From contig CM059431.1 of assembly GCA_030390025.1 (NCBI GenBank), forward strand, positions 97,900,001 through 97,964,000: a DNA stretch of 64,000 nucleotides, read 5' to 3'. A program made the translations under genes and the position numbers. Position 1 is the stretch's first letter. Each line of letters starts with the position of its first letter. The stretch is from Squalus acanthias. Lineage: Eukaryota. The notes beneath the pieces were generated by a model. That model saw nothing but the letters and a program-made list of their open reading frames with translations. It was not told the origin of the DNA and did no database searches. Positions 12,101 to 26,572 of the stretch are shown piece by piece.

Positions 12101-15100
12101 CACGGTTACTCAGTGAGAGCGTTGACCAGTCGCGGTCACTCAGTGAGAGTGTTGACCAGTCACGGTCACTCAGTGAGAACGTTGACCAGTCGCGGTGACT
12201 CAGTGAGAACGTTGACCAGTCGCGGTCACTCAGTGAGAACGTTGACCTGTCGCGGTCACGCAGTGAGAGCGTTGACCAATCGCGGTCACTCAGTGAGAGC
12301 GTTGACCAATCACGGTCACTCAGTGAGAGTGTTGACCAATCGCGGTCACTCAGTGAGAGTGTTGACCAGTCACGGTCACTCAGTGAGAGCGTTGACCAAT
12401 CACGGTCACTCAGTGAGAGTGTTGACCAATCACAGTCACTCAGTGAGAATGTTGACCAGTCGCGGTCACTCAGTGAGAGCATTGACCAGTCGCGGTCACT
12501 CAGTGAGAGTGTTGACCAGTCGCGGTCACTCAGTGAGAGTGTTGACCAATCACAGTCACTCAATGACAGTGTTGACCAGTCGCGGTCACTCAGTGGGAGC
12601 GTTGACCAGTCGCGGTCACTCAGTGAGAATGTAGACCAATCACGGTCACTCAGTGAGAGCATTGACCAGTCGCGGTCACTCAGTGAGAGTGTTGACCAGT
12701 TGCGGTCACTCAGTGAGAGCGTTGACCAGTCGCGGTCAATCAGTGAGAATGTTGACCAATCACGGTCACTCAGTGAGAGCGTTGACCAACCACGGTCACT
12801 CAGTGAGAGCGTTGACCAATCACGGTCACTCAATGACAGTGTTGACCAGTCGCGGTCACTCAGTGAGAGCGTTGACCAGTCGCAGTCACTCAGTGAGAAC
12901 GTTGACCAATCACGGTCACTCAGTGAGAGCGTTGACCAGTCGCGGTCACACAGTGAGAACGTTGACCAATCGCGGTCACTCAGTGAGAGTGTTGACCAGT
13001 CACGGTCACTCAGTGAGAGCGTTGACCAATCACGGTCACTCAGTGAGAGTGTTGATCAATCACAGTCACTCAGTGAGAATGTTGACCAGTCGCGGTCACT
13101 CAGTGAGAGCATTGACCAGTCGCGGTCACTCAGTGAGAGTGTTGACCAGTCGCGGTCACTCAGTGAGAGTGTTGACCAATCACAGTCACTCAATGACAGT
13201 GTTGACCAGTCGCGGTCACTCAGTGGGAGCGTTGACCAGTCGCGGTCACTCAGTGAGAATGTAGACCAATCACGGTCACTCAGTGAGAGCATTGACCAGT
13301 CGCGGTCACTCAGTGAGAGTGTTGACCAGTTGCGGTCACTCAGTGAGAGCGTTGACCAGTCGCGGTCACTCAGTGAGAGTGTTGACCAATCATGGTCACT
13401 CAGTGAGAGTGCTGACCAATCACGGTCACTCAGTGAGAATGTTGACCAGTCACGGTCACTCAGTGAGAGTGTTGACCAGTCGCAGTCACTCAGTGAGAAC
13501 GTTGACCAGTCGCGGTCACTCAGTGAGAACGTTGACCAGTCGCGGTCACTCAGTGAGAACGTTGACCAGTCGCGGTCACTCAGTGAGAACGTTGACCAGT
13601 CGCGGTCACTCAGTGAGAACGTTGACCAGTCGCGGTCACTCAGTGAGAGTGTTGACCAGTCGCGGTCACTCAGTGAGAGCGTTGACCAGTCGCGGTCACT
13701 CAGTGAGAGCGTTGACCAGTCGCGGTCACTCAGTGAGAACGTTGACCAATCACGGTCACTCAGTGAGAGTGTTGACCAGTCACGGTCACTCAGTGAGAAC
13801 ATTAACCAGTCGAGGTCACTCAGTGAGAGTGTTGACCAATCATGGTCACTCAGTGAGAGCGTTGACCAGTCGCGGTCACCCAGTGAGAGTGTTGACCAAT
13901 CACGGTCACTCAGTGAGAGCGTTGACCAGTCGCGGTCACTCAGTGAGAGTGCTGACCAATCACGGTCACTCAGTGAGAATGTTGACCAGTCACGGTCACT
14001 CAGTGAGAGTGTTGACCAGTCGCGGTCACTCAGTGAGAGTGTTGACCAATCACGGTCACTCAGTGAGAATGTTGACCAGTCACGGTCACTCAGTGAGAGT
14101 GTTGACCCATCACGGTCACTCAGTGAGAGTGTTGCACAGTCGCAGTCACTCAGTGAGAGTGTTGACCAGTCACGGTCACTCAGTGAGAGTGTTGACCAAT
14201 CACGGTCACTCAGTGAGAACGTTGACCAGTCGCGGTGACTCAGTGAGAACGTTGACCTGTCGCGGTCACTCAGTGAGAGCGTTGACCAGTCGCGGTCACT
14301 CAGTGAGAGCGTTGACCAATCGCGGTCACTCAGTGAGAGCGTTGACCAATCACAGTCACTCAGTGAGAGTGTTGACCAATCGCGGTCACTCAGTGAGAGC
14401 GTTGACCAGTCGCGGTCACTCAGTGAGAACGTTGACCAATCACGGTCACTCAGTGAGAGTGTTGACCAATCACGGTCACTCAGTAAGAGCGTTGACCAGT
14501 CACGGTCACTCAGTGAGAACATTGACCAGTCGCGGTCACTCAGTGAGAGTGTTGACCAGTCGCGGTCACTCAGTGAGAGCATTGACCGGTTGCGGTCACT
14601 CAGTGAGAATGTTGACCAGTCGCGGTCACTCAGTGAGAGCGTTGACCAGTCGCGGTCACTCAGTGAGAGCGTTGACCAATCACAGTCACTCAGTGAGAGT
14701 GTTGACCAGTCGCGGTCACTCAGTGAGAGTGTTGACGAGTCACGGTCACTCAGTGAGAGTGTTGACCAATCACGGTCACTCAGTGAGAGTGTTGACCAGT
14801 CGCGGTCACTCAGTGAGAGCGTTGACCAATCACGGTCACTCAGTGAGAGTGTTGACCAATCGCGGTCACTCAGTGAGAGCGTTGACCAGTCGCGGTCACT
14901 CAGTGAGAGTGTTGACCAGTCGCGGTCACTCAGTGAGAACGTTGACCAATCACGGTCACTCAGTGAGAGTGTTGACCAATCACGGTCACTCAGTAAGAGC
15001 GTTGACCAGTCACGGTCACTCAGTGAGAACATTGACCAGTCGCGGTCACTCAGTGAGAGTGTTGACCAGTCGCGGTCACTCAGTGAGAGCATTGACCAGT

Positions 15101-18100
15101 CGCGGTCACTCAGTGAGAGTGTTGACCAATCACAGTCACTCAGTGAGAGTGTTGACCAATCACGGTCACTCAGTGAGAGTGTTGACCAGTCGCGGTCACT
15201 CAGTGAGAGCGTTGACCAATCACGGTCACTCAGTGAGAGCGTTGCACAGTCGCAGTCACTCAGTGAGAGTGTTGACCAGTCACGGTCACTCAGTGAGAGT
15301 GTTGACCAATCACGGTCACTCAGTGAGAACGTTGACCAATCACGGTCACTCAGTGAGAACGTTGACCACTCGCGGTCACTCAGTGAGAACGTTGACCTGT
15401 CGCGGTCACGCAGTGGTAGCTTTGACCAATCGCGGTCACTCAGTGAGAGCGTTGACCAATCACGGTCACTCAGTGAGAGTGTTGACCAATCGCGGTCACT
15501 CAGTGAGAGCGTTGACCAGTCGCGGTCACTCAGTGAGAGTGTTGACCAGTCGCGGTCACTCAGTGAGAATGTTGACCAATCACGGTCACTCAGTGAGAGT
15601 GTTGGCCAATCACGGCCACTCAGTAAGAGCGTTGACCAGTCACGGTCACTCAGTGAGAACATTGACCAGTCGCGGTCACTCAGTGAGAGTGTTGACCAGT
15701 CGCGGTCACTCAGTGAGTGCATTGACCAGTCGCGGTCACTCAGTGAGAGCGTTGACCAGTCACGGTCGCTCAGTGAGAATGTTGACCAGTCGCGGTCACT
15801 CAGTGAGAGCGTTGACCAGTCGCGGTCACTCAGTGAGAGCGTTGACCAGTCGCGGTCACTCAGTGAGAGCGTTGACCAATCACAGTCACTCAGTGAGAGT
15901 GTTGACCAGTCGCGGTCACTCAGTGAGAGTGTTGACCAGTCGCGGTCACTCAGTGAGAGTGTTGACCAATCACGGTCACTCAGTGAGAGTGTTGACCAGT
16001 CGCGGTCACTCAGTGAGAGCGTTGACTAATCACAGTCACTCAGTGAGAGTGTTAACCAGTCGCGGTCACTCAGTGAGAGCGTTGACCAGTCGCGGTCACT
16101 CAGTGAGAGCGTTGACCAGTCACGGTCACTGAGTGAGAGCGTTGACCAGTCGCGGTCACTCAGTGAGAACGTTGGCCAATCACGGTCACTCAGTGAGAGC
16201 GTTGACCAATCACGGTCACTCAGTGAGAGCGTTGACCAATCACGGTCACTCAGTGGGAGCGTTGACCAGTCGCGGTCACTCAGTGAGAGCGTTGACAAGT
16301 CGCGGTCACTCAGTGAGAGTGTTGACCAGTCGCGGTCACTCACTGAGAGTGTTAACCAATCACAGTCACTCAGTGAGAACGTTGACCAGTCGCGGTCACT
16401 CAGTGAGAGCATTGACCAGTCGCGGTCACTCAGTGAGAGCGTTGACCAGTCGCGGTCACTCAGTGGGAACGTTGACCAATCACGGTCACTCAGTGAGAAC
16501 GTTGACCAATCACGGTCACTCAGTGAGAGCGTTGACCAATCACGGTCACTCAGTGAGAGCGTTGACCAATCACGGTCACTCAGTGAGAGCATTGACCAAT
16601 CACGGTCACTCAATGTCAGTGTTGACCAGTCGCGGTCACTCAGTGAGAGCGTTGACCAGTCGCAGTCACTCAGTGAGAACGTTGACCAGTCGCGGTCACT
16701 CAGTGGGAGCGTTGACCAGTCGCGGTCACTCAGTGAGAACGTTGACCAATCGCGGTCACTCAGTGAGAGTGTTGACCAATCACGGTCACTCAGTGAGAGC
16801 GTTGACCAATCACGGTCACTCAGTGAGAGTGTTGACCAATCACAGTCACTCAGTGAGAATGTTGACCAGTCGCGGTCACTCAGTGAGAGCGTTGACCAGT
16901 CGCGGTCACTCAGTGAGAATGTAGACCAATCACGGTCACTCAGTGAGAGCATTGACCAGTCGCGGTCACTCAGTGAGAGTGTTGACCAGTTGCGGTCACT
17001 CAGTGAGAGCGTTGACCAGTCGCGGTCAATCAGTGAGAATGTTGACCAATCACGGTCACTCAGTGGGAGCGTTGACCAATCACAGTCACTCAATGACAGT
17101 GTTGACCAGTCGCGGTCACTCAGTGGGAGCGTTGACCAGTCGCGGTCACTCAGTGAGAGTGTTGACCAGTTGCGGTCACTCAGTGAGAGCGTTGACCAGT
17201 CGCGGTCAATCAGTGAGAATGTTGACCAATCACGGTCACTCAGTGAGAGCGTTGACCAACCACGGTCACTCAGTGAGAGCGTTGACCAATCACGGTCACT
17301 CAATGACAGTGTTGACCAATCACGGTCACTCAGTGAGAGCATTGACCAGTCGCGGTCACTCAGTGAGAGTGTTGACCAATCACGGTCACTCAGTGAGAGC
17401 GTTGACCAACCACGGTCACTCAGTGAGAGCGTTGACCAATCACGGTCACTCAATGACAGTGTTGACCAATCACGGTCACTCAGTGAGAGCATTGACCAGT
17501 CGCGGTCACTCAGTGGGAGCGTTGACCAATCACAGTCACTCAATGACAGTGTTGACCAGTCGCGGTCACTCAGTGGGAGCGTTGACCAGTCGCGGTCACT
17601 CAGTGAGAATGTAGACCAATCACGGTCACTCAGTGAGAGCATTGACCAGTCGCGGTCACTCAGTGAGAGTGTTGACCAGTTGCGGTCACTCAGTGAGAGC
17701 GTTGACCAGTCGCGGTCAATCAGTGAGAATGTTGACCAATCACGGTCACTCAGTGAGAGCGTTGACCAACCACGGTCACTCAGTGAGAGCGTTGACCAAT
17801 CACGGTCACTCAATGACAGTGTTGACCAGTCGCGGTCACTCAGTGAGAGCGTTGACCAGTCGCGGTCACACAGTGAGAACGTTGACCAGTCGCGGTCACT
17901 CAGTGGGAGCGTTGACCAGTCGCGGTCACACAGTGAGAACGTTGACCAGTCGCGGTCACTCAGTGGGAGCGTTGACCAATCACAGTCACTCAATGACAGT
18001 GTTGACCAGTCGCGGTCACTCAGTGGGAGCGTTGACCAATCACAGTCACTCAATGACAGTGTTGACCAGTCGCGGTCACTCAGTGAGAACGTTGACCAGT

Positions 18101-21100
18101 CGCGGTCACTCAGTGAGAACGTTGACCAGTCGCGGTCACTCAGTGAGAACGTTGACCAGTCGCGGTCACTCAGTGAGAGTGTTGACCAGTCGCGGTCACT
18201 CAGTGAGAGCGTTGACCAGTCGCGGTCACTCAGTGAGAGCGTTGACCAGTCGCGGTCACTCAGTGAGAACGTTGACCAATCACGGTCACTCAGTGAGAGT
18301 GTTGACCAGTCACGGTCACTCAGTGAGAACATTAACCAGTCGCGGTCACTCAGTGAGAGTGTTGACCAATCATGGTCACTCAGTGAGAGCGTTGACCAGT
18401 CGCGGTCACCCAGTGAGAGTGTTGACCAATCACGGTCACTCAGTGAGAGCGTTGACCAGTCGCGGTCACTCAGTGAGAGTGCTGACCAATCACGGTCACT
18501 CAGTGAGAATGTTGACCAGTCACGGTCACTCAGTGAGAGTGTTGACCAGTCGCGGTCACTCAGTGAGAGTGTTGACCAATCACGGTCACTCAGTGAGAAT
18601 GTTGACCAGTCACGGTCAGTCAGTGAGAGTGTTGACCCATCACGGTCACTCAGTGAGAGTGTTGCACAGTCGCAGTCACTCAGTGAGAGTGTTGACCAGT
18701 CACGGTCACTCAGTGAGAGTGTTGACCAATCACGGTCACTCAGTGAGAACGTTGACCAGTCGCGGTGACTCAGTGAGAACGTTGACCTGTCGCGGTCACT
18801 CAGTGAGAGCGTTGACCAGTCGCGGTCACTCAGTGAGAGCGTTGACCAATCGCGGTCACTCAGTGAGAGCGTTGACCAATCACAGTCACTCAGTGAGAGT
18901 GTTGACCAATCGCGGTCACTCAGTGAGAGCGTTGACCAGTCGCGGTCACTCAGTGAGAACGTTGACCAATCACGGTCACTCAGTGAGAGTGTTGACCAAT
19001 CACGGTCACTCAGTAAGAGCGTTGACCAGTCACGGTCACTCAGTGAGAACATTGACCAGTCGCGGTCACTCAGTGAGAGTGTTGACCAGTCGCGGTCACT
19101 CAGTGAGAGCATTGACCGGTTGCGGTCACTCAGTGAGAGTGTTGACCAGTCATGGTCGCTCAGTGAGAATGTTGACCAGTCGCGGTCACTCAGTGAGAGC
19201 GTTGACCAGTCGCGGTCACTCAGTGAGAGCGTTGACCAATCACAGTCACTCAGTGAGAGTGTTGACCAGTCGCGGTCACTCAGTGAGAGTGTTGACGAGT
19301 CACGGTCACTCAGTGAGAGTGTTGACCAATCACGGTCACTCAGTGAGAGTGTTGACCAGTCGCGGTCACTCAGTGAGAGCGTTGACCAATCACGGTCACT
19401 CAGTGAGAGTGTTGACCAATCGCGGTCACTCAGTGAGAGCGTTGACCAGTCGCGGTCACTCAGTGAGAGTGTTGACCAGTCACGGTCACTCAGTGAGAAC
19501 ATTGACCAGTCACGGTCACTCAGTGAGAGCGTTGACCAATCACGGTCACTCAGTGAGAGTGTTGACCAGTCACGGTCACTCAGTGAGAACATTGACCAGT
19601 CACGGTCACTCAGTGACAGTGTTGACCAATCACGGTTACTCAGTGAGAGCGTTGACCAGTCGCGGTCACTCAGTGAGAGTGTTGACCAGTCACGGTCACT
19701 CAGTGAGAACGTTGACCAGTCGCGGTGACTCAGTGAGAACGTTGACCAGTCGCGGTCACTCAGTGAGAACGTTGACCTGTCGCGGTCACGCAGTGAGAGC
19801 GTTGACCAATCGCGGTCACTCAGTGAGAGCGTTGACCAATCACGGTCACTCAGTGAGAGTGTTGACCAATCGCGGTCACTCAGTGAGAGTGTTGACCAGT
19901 CACGGTCACTCAGTGAGAGCGTTGACCAATCACGGTCACTCAGTGAGAGTGTTGACCAATCACAGTCACTCAGTGAGAATGTTGACCAGTCGCGGTCACT
20001 CAGTGAGAGCATTGACCAGTCGCGGTCACTCAGTGAGAGTGTTGACCAGTCGCGGTCACTCAGTGAGAGTGTTGACCAATCACAGTCACTCAATGACAGT
20101 GTTGACCAGTCGCGGTCACTCAGTGGGAGCGTTGACCAGTCGCGGTCACTCAGTGAGAATGTAGACCAATCACGGTCACTCAGTGAGAGCATTGACCAGT
20201 CGCGGTCACTCAGTGAGAGTGTTGACCAGTTGCGGTCACTCAGTGAGAGCGTTGACCAGTCGCGGTCAATCAGTGAGAATGTTGACCAATCACGGTCACT
20301 CAGTGAGAGCGTTGACCAACCACGGTCACTCAGTGAGAGCGTTGACCAATCACGGTCACTCAATGACAGTGTTGACCAGTCGCGGTCACTCAGTGAGAGC
20401 GTTGACCAGTCGCGGTCACTCAGTGGGAGCGTTGAACAATCACGGTCACTCCGTGAGAACGTTGACCAGTCGCAGTCACTCAGTGAGAACGTTGACCAGT
20501 CGCGGTCACTCAGTGAGAACGTTGACCAGTCGCGGTCACTCAGTGAGAACGTTGACCAGTCGCGGTCACTCAGTGAGAACGTTGACCAGTCGCGGTCACT
20601 CAGTGAGAACGTTGACCAGTCGCGGTCACTCAGTGAGAGTGTTGACCAGTCGCGGTCACTCAGTGAGAGCGTTGACCAGTCGCGGTCACTCAGTGAGAAC
20701 GTTGACCAGTCGCGGTCACTCAGTGAGAACGTTGACCAGTCGCGGTCACTCAGTGAGAGTGTTGACCAGTCGCGGTCACTCAGTGAGAGCGTTGACCAGT
20801 CGCGGTCACTCAGTGAGAGCGTTGACCAGTCGCGGTCACTCAGTGAGAACGTTGACCAATCACGGTCACTCAGTGAGAGTGTTGACCAGTCACGGTCACT
20901 CAGTGAGAACATTAACCAGTCGCGGTCACTCAGTGAGAGTGTTGACCAATCATGGTCACTCAGTGAGAGCGTTGACCAGTCGCGGTCACCCAGTGAGAGT
21001 GTTGACCAATCACGGTCACTCAGTGAGAGCGTTGACCAGTCGCGGTCACTCAGTGAGAGTGCTGACCAATCACGGTCACTCAGTGAGAATGTTGACCAGT

Positions 21101-24100
21101 CACGGTCACTCAGTGAGAGTGTTGACCAGTCGCGGTCACTCAGTGAGAGTGTTGACCAATCACGGTCACTCAGTGAGAATGTTGACCAGTCACGGTCACT
21201 CAGTGAGAGTGTTGACCCATCACGGTCACTCAGTGAGAGTGTTGCACAGTCGCAGTCACTCAGTGAGAGTGTTGACCAGTCACGGTCACTCAGTGAGAGT
21301 GTTGACCAATCACGGTCACTCAGTGAGAACGTTGACCAGTCGCGGTGACTCAGTGAGAACGTTGACCTGTCGCGGTCACTCAGTGAGAGCGTTGACCAGT
21401 CGCGGTCACTCAGTGAGAGCGTTGACCAATCGCGGTCACTCAGTGAGAGCGTTGACCAATCACAGTCACTCAGTGAGAGTGTTGACCAATCGCGGTCACT
21501 CAGTGAGAGCGTTGACCAGTCGCGGTCACTCAGTGAGAACGTTGACCAATCACGGTCACTCAGTGAGAGTGTTGACCAATCACGGTCACTCAGTAAGAGC
21601 GTTGACCAGTCACGGTCACTCAGTGAGAACATTGACCAGTCGCGGTCACTCAGTGAGAGTGTTGACCAGTCGCGGTCACTCAGTGAGAGCATTGACCGGT
21701 TGCGGTCACTCAGTGAGAGTGTTGACCAGTCGCGGTCACTCAGTGAGAGCGTTGACCAATCACGGTCACTCAGTGAGAGCGTTGACCAATCACAGTCACT
21801 CAGTGAGAGTGTTGACCAGTCATGGTCGCTCAGTGAGAATGTTGACCAGTCGCGGTCACTCAGTGAGAGCGTTGACCAGTCGCGGTCACTCAGTGAGAGC
21901 GTTGACCAGTCGCGGTCACTCAGTGAGAGCGTTGACCAATCACGGTCACTCAGTGAGAGTGTTGACCAATCGCGGTCACTCAGTGAGAGCGTTGACCAGT
22001 CGCGGTCACTCAGTGAGAGTGTTGACCAGTCGCGGTCACTCAGTGAGAACGTTGACCAATCACGGTCACTCAGTGAGAGTGTTGACCAATCACGGTCACT
22101 CAGTAAGAGCGTTGACCAGTCACGGTCACTCAGTGAGAACATTGACCAGTCGCGGTCACTCAGTGAGAGTGTTGACCAGTCGCGGTCACTCAGTGAGAGC
22201 ATTGACCAGTCGCGGTCACTCAGTGAGAGTGTTGACCAATCACAGTCACTCAGTGAGAGTGTTGACCAATCACGGTCACTCAGTGAGAGTGTTGACCAGT
22301 CGCGGTCACTCAGTGAGAGCGTTGACCAATCACGGTCACTCAGTGAGAGCGTTGCACAGTCGCAGTCACTCAGTGAGAGTGTTGACCAGTCACGGTCACT
22401 CAGTGAGAGTGTTGACCAATCACGGTCACTCAGTGAGAACGTTGACCAATCACGGTCACTCAGTGAGAACGTTGACCACTCACGGTCACTCAGTGAGAAC
22501 GTTGACCTGTCGCGGTCACGCAGTGGTAGCTTTGACCAATCGCGGTCACTCAGTGAGAGCGTTGACCAATCACGGTCACTCAGTGAGAGTGTTGACCAAT
22601 CGCGGTCACTCAGTGAGAGCGTTGACCAGTCGCGGTCACTCAGTGAGAGTGTTGACCAGTCGCGGTCACTCAGTGAGAATGTTGACCAATCACGGTCACT
22701 CAGTGAGAGTGTTGGCCAATCACGGCCACTCAGTAAGAGCGTTGACCAGTCACGGTCACTCAGTGAGAACATTGACCAGTCGCGGTCACTCAGTGAGAGT
22801 GTTGACCAGTCGCGGTCACTCAGTGAGTGCATTGACCAGTCGCGGTCACTCAGTGAGAGCGTTGACCAGTCACGGTCGCTCAGTGAGAATGTTGACCAGT
22901 CGCGGTCACTCAGTGAGAGCGTTGACCAGTCGCGGTCACTCAGTGAGAGCGTTGACCAGTCGCGGTCACTCAGTGAGAGCGTTGACCAATCACAGTCACT
23001 CAGTGAGAGTGTTGACCAGTCGCGGTCACTCAGTGAGAGTGTTGACCAGTCGCGGTCACTCAGTGAGAGTGTTGACCAATCACGGTCACTCAGTGAGAGT
23101 GTTGACCAGTCGCGGTCACTCAGTGAGAGCGTTGACTAATCACAGTCACTCAGTGAGAGTGTTAACCAGTCGCGGTCACTCAGTGAGAGCGTTGACCAGT
23201 CGCGGTCACTCAGTGAGAGCGTTGACCAGTCACGGTCACTGAGTGAGAGCGTTGACCAGTCGCGGTCACTCAGTGAGAACGTTGGCCAATCACGGTCACT
23301 CAGTGAGAGCGTTGACCAATCACGGTCACTCAGTGAGAGCGTTGACCAATCACGGTCACTCAGTGAGAGCGTTGACCAGTCGCGGTCACTCAGTGAGAGC
23401 GTTGACAAGTCGCGGTCACTCAGTGAGAGTGTTGACCAGTCGCGGTCACTCACTGAGAGTGTTGACCAATCACAGTCACTCAGTGAGAACGTTGACCAGT
23501 CGCGGTCACTCAGTGAGAGCATTGACCAGTCGCGGTCACTCAGTGAGAGCGTTGACCAGTCGCGGTCACTCAGTGGGAACGTTGACCAATCACGGTCACT
23601 CAGTGAGAACGTTGACCAATCACGGTCACTCAGTGAGAGCGTTGACCAATCACGGTCACTCAGTGAGAGCGTTGACCAATCACGGTCACTCAGTGAGAGC
23701 ATTGACCAATCACGGTCACTCAATGTCAGTGTTGACCAGTCGCGGTCACTCAGTGAGAGCGTTGACCAGTCGCAGTCACTCAGTGAGAACGTTGACCAGT
23801 CGCGGTCACTCAGTGGGAGCGTTGACCAGTCGCGGTCACTCAGTGAGAACGTTGACCAATCACGGTCACTCAGTGAGAGCGTTGACCAGTCGCGGTCACT
23901 CAGTGAGAGTGTTGACCAGTCGCGGTCACTCAGTGAGAGTGTTGACCAGTCGCGGTCACTCAGTGAGAGTGTTGACCAATCACAGTCACTCAGTGAGAAC
24001 GTTGACCAGTCGCGGTCACTCAGTGAGAGCGTTGACCAGTCGCGGTCACTCAGTGAGAATGTTGACCAGTCGCGGTCACTCAGTGAGAACGTTGACCAAT

Positions 24101-26572
24101 CACGGTCACTCAGTGAGAACGTTGACCAATCACGGTCACTCAGTGAGAACGTTGACCAATCATGGTCACTCAGTGAGAGCGTTGACCAATCACAGTCACT
24201 CAGTGAGAGTGTTGACCAGTCGCGGTCACTCAGTGAGAGTGTTGACCAATCACGGTCACTCAGTGAGAGTGTTGACCAGTCGCGGTCACTCAGTGAGTGC
24301 GTTGACCAATCACAGTCACTCAGTGAGAGTGTTAACCAGTCGCGGTCACTCAGTGAGAGCGTTGACCAGTCACGGTCACTCAGTGAGAGTGTTGACCAGT
24401 CGCGGCCACTCAGTGAGAACGTTGGCCAATCACGGTCACTCAGTGAGAGCGTTGACCAATCACGGTCACTCAGTGAGAGCATTGACCAATCACGGTCACT
24501 CAGTGGGAGCGTTGACCAGTCGCGGTCACTCAGTGAGAGCGTTGACCAGTCGCGGTCACTCAGTGAGAGCATTGACCAGTCGCGGTCACTCAGTGGGAGC
24601 GTTGACCAGTCGCGGTCACTCAGTGAGAGCGTTGACCAGTCGCGGTCACTCAGTGAGAGCGTTGACCAGTCACAGTCACTCAGTGAGAGCGTTGACCAGT
24701 CGCGGTCACTCAGTGAGAACGTTGACCAATCACGGTCACTCAGTGAGAGCGTTGACCAGTCGCGGTCACTCAGTGAGAATGTTGACCAGTCGCGGTCACT
24801 CAGTGGGAGCGTTGACCAGTCGCGGTCACTCAGTGAGAGCATTGACCAATCACGGTCACTCAGTGAGAGCATTGACCAGTCACTGTCACTCAGTGAGAGC
24901 GTTGACCAATCACGGTCACTCAGTGGGAGCGTTGACCAGTCGCGGTCACTCAGTGAGAGCGTTGACAAGTCGCGGTCACTCAGTGAGAGTGTTGACCAGT
25001 CGCGGTCACTCACTGAGAGTGTTGACCAATCACAGTCACTCAGTGAGAACGTTGACCAGTCGCGGTCACTCAGTGAGAGCATTGACCAGTCGCGGTCACT
25101 CAGTGAGAGCGTTGACCAGTCGCGGTCACTCAGTGGGAACGTTGACCAATCACGGTCACTCAGTGAGAACGTTGACCAATCACGGTCACTCAGTGAGAGC
25201 GTTGACCAATCACGGTCACTCAGTGAGAGCGTTGACCAATCACGGTCACTCAGTGAGAGCATTGACCAATCACGGTCACTCAATGTCAGTGTTGACCAGT
25301 CGCGGTCACTCAGTGAGAGCGTTGACCAGTCGCAGTCACTCAGTGAGAACGTTGACCAGTCGCGGTCACTCAGTGGGAGCGTTGACCAGTCGCGGTCACT
25401 CAGTGAGAACGTTGACCAATCACGGTCACTCAGTGAGAGCGTTGACCAGTCGCGGTCACTCAGTGAGAGTGTTGACCAGTCGCGGTCACTCAGTGAGAGT
25501 GTTGACCAGTCGCGGTCACTCAGTGAGAGTGTTGACCAATCACAGTCACTCAGTGAGAACGTTGACCAGTCGCGGTCACTCAGTGAGAGCGTTGACCAGT
25601 CGCGGTCACTCAGTGAGAATGTTGACCAGTCGCGGTCACTCAGTGAGAACGTTGACCAATCACGGTCACTCAGTGAGAACGTTGACCAATCACGGTCACT
25701 CAGTGAGAACGTTGACCAATCATGGTCACTCAGTGAGAGCGTTGACCAATCACAGTCACTCAGTGAGAGTGTTGACCAGTCGCGGTCACTCAGTGAGAGT
25801 GTTGACCAATCACGGTCACTCAGTGAGAGTGTTGACCAGTCGCGGTCACTCAGTGAGTGCGTTGACCAATCACAGTCACTCAGTGAGAGTGTTAACCAGT
25901 CGCGGTCACTCAGTGAGAGCGTTGACCAGTCACGGTCACTCAGTGAGAGTGTTGACCAGTCGCGGCCACTCAGTGAGAACGTTGGCCAATCACGGTCACT
26001 CAGTGAGAGCGTTGACCAATCACGGTCACTCAGTGAGAGCATTGACCAATCACGGTCACTCAGTGGGAGCGTTGACCAGTCGCGGTCACTCAGTGAGAGC
26101 GTTGACCAGTCGCGGTCACTCAGTGAGAGCATTGACCAGTCGCGGTCACTCAGTGAGAATGTTGACCAGTCGCGGTCACTCAGTGGGAGCGTTGACCAGT
26201 CGCGGTCACTCAGTGAGAGCATTGACCAATCACGGTCACTCAGTGAGAGCATTGACCAGTCACTGTCACTCAGTGAGAGTGTTGACCAGTCGCGGTCACT
26301 CAGTGAGAGCGTTGACCAATCACAGTCACTCAGTGAGATTGTTGACCAGTCGCGGTCACTCAGTGAGAACGCTGACCAATCACAGTCACTCAGTGAGAGT
26401 GTTGACCAGTCGCGGTCACTCAGTGAGACCGTTGACCAATCACAGTCATTCAGTGAGATTGTTGACCAGTCGCGGTCACTCAGTGAGAGCGTTGACCAAT
26501 CACAGTCACTCAGTGAGATTGTTGACCAGTCACGGTCACTCAGTGAGAGTGTTGACCAGTCACGGTCACTCA
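3192..26572. repeat. Giant 30-bp tandem satellite, about 780 copies, intronic
   Basis: Consensus GTTGACCARTCRCGGTCACTCAGTGAGARY repeated over 23.4 kb; apart from a short unit near 3325, only two 1-bp deletions (7230, 10499) shift the register. Confidence 0.99.

Noticed and set aside
3192..26572. CRISPR-like array (palindromic 30-bp repeat)
   Set aside because: No unique spacers, no cas genes, and a eukaryotic intron context.
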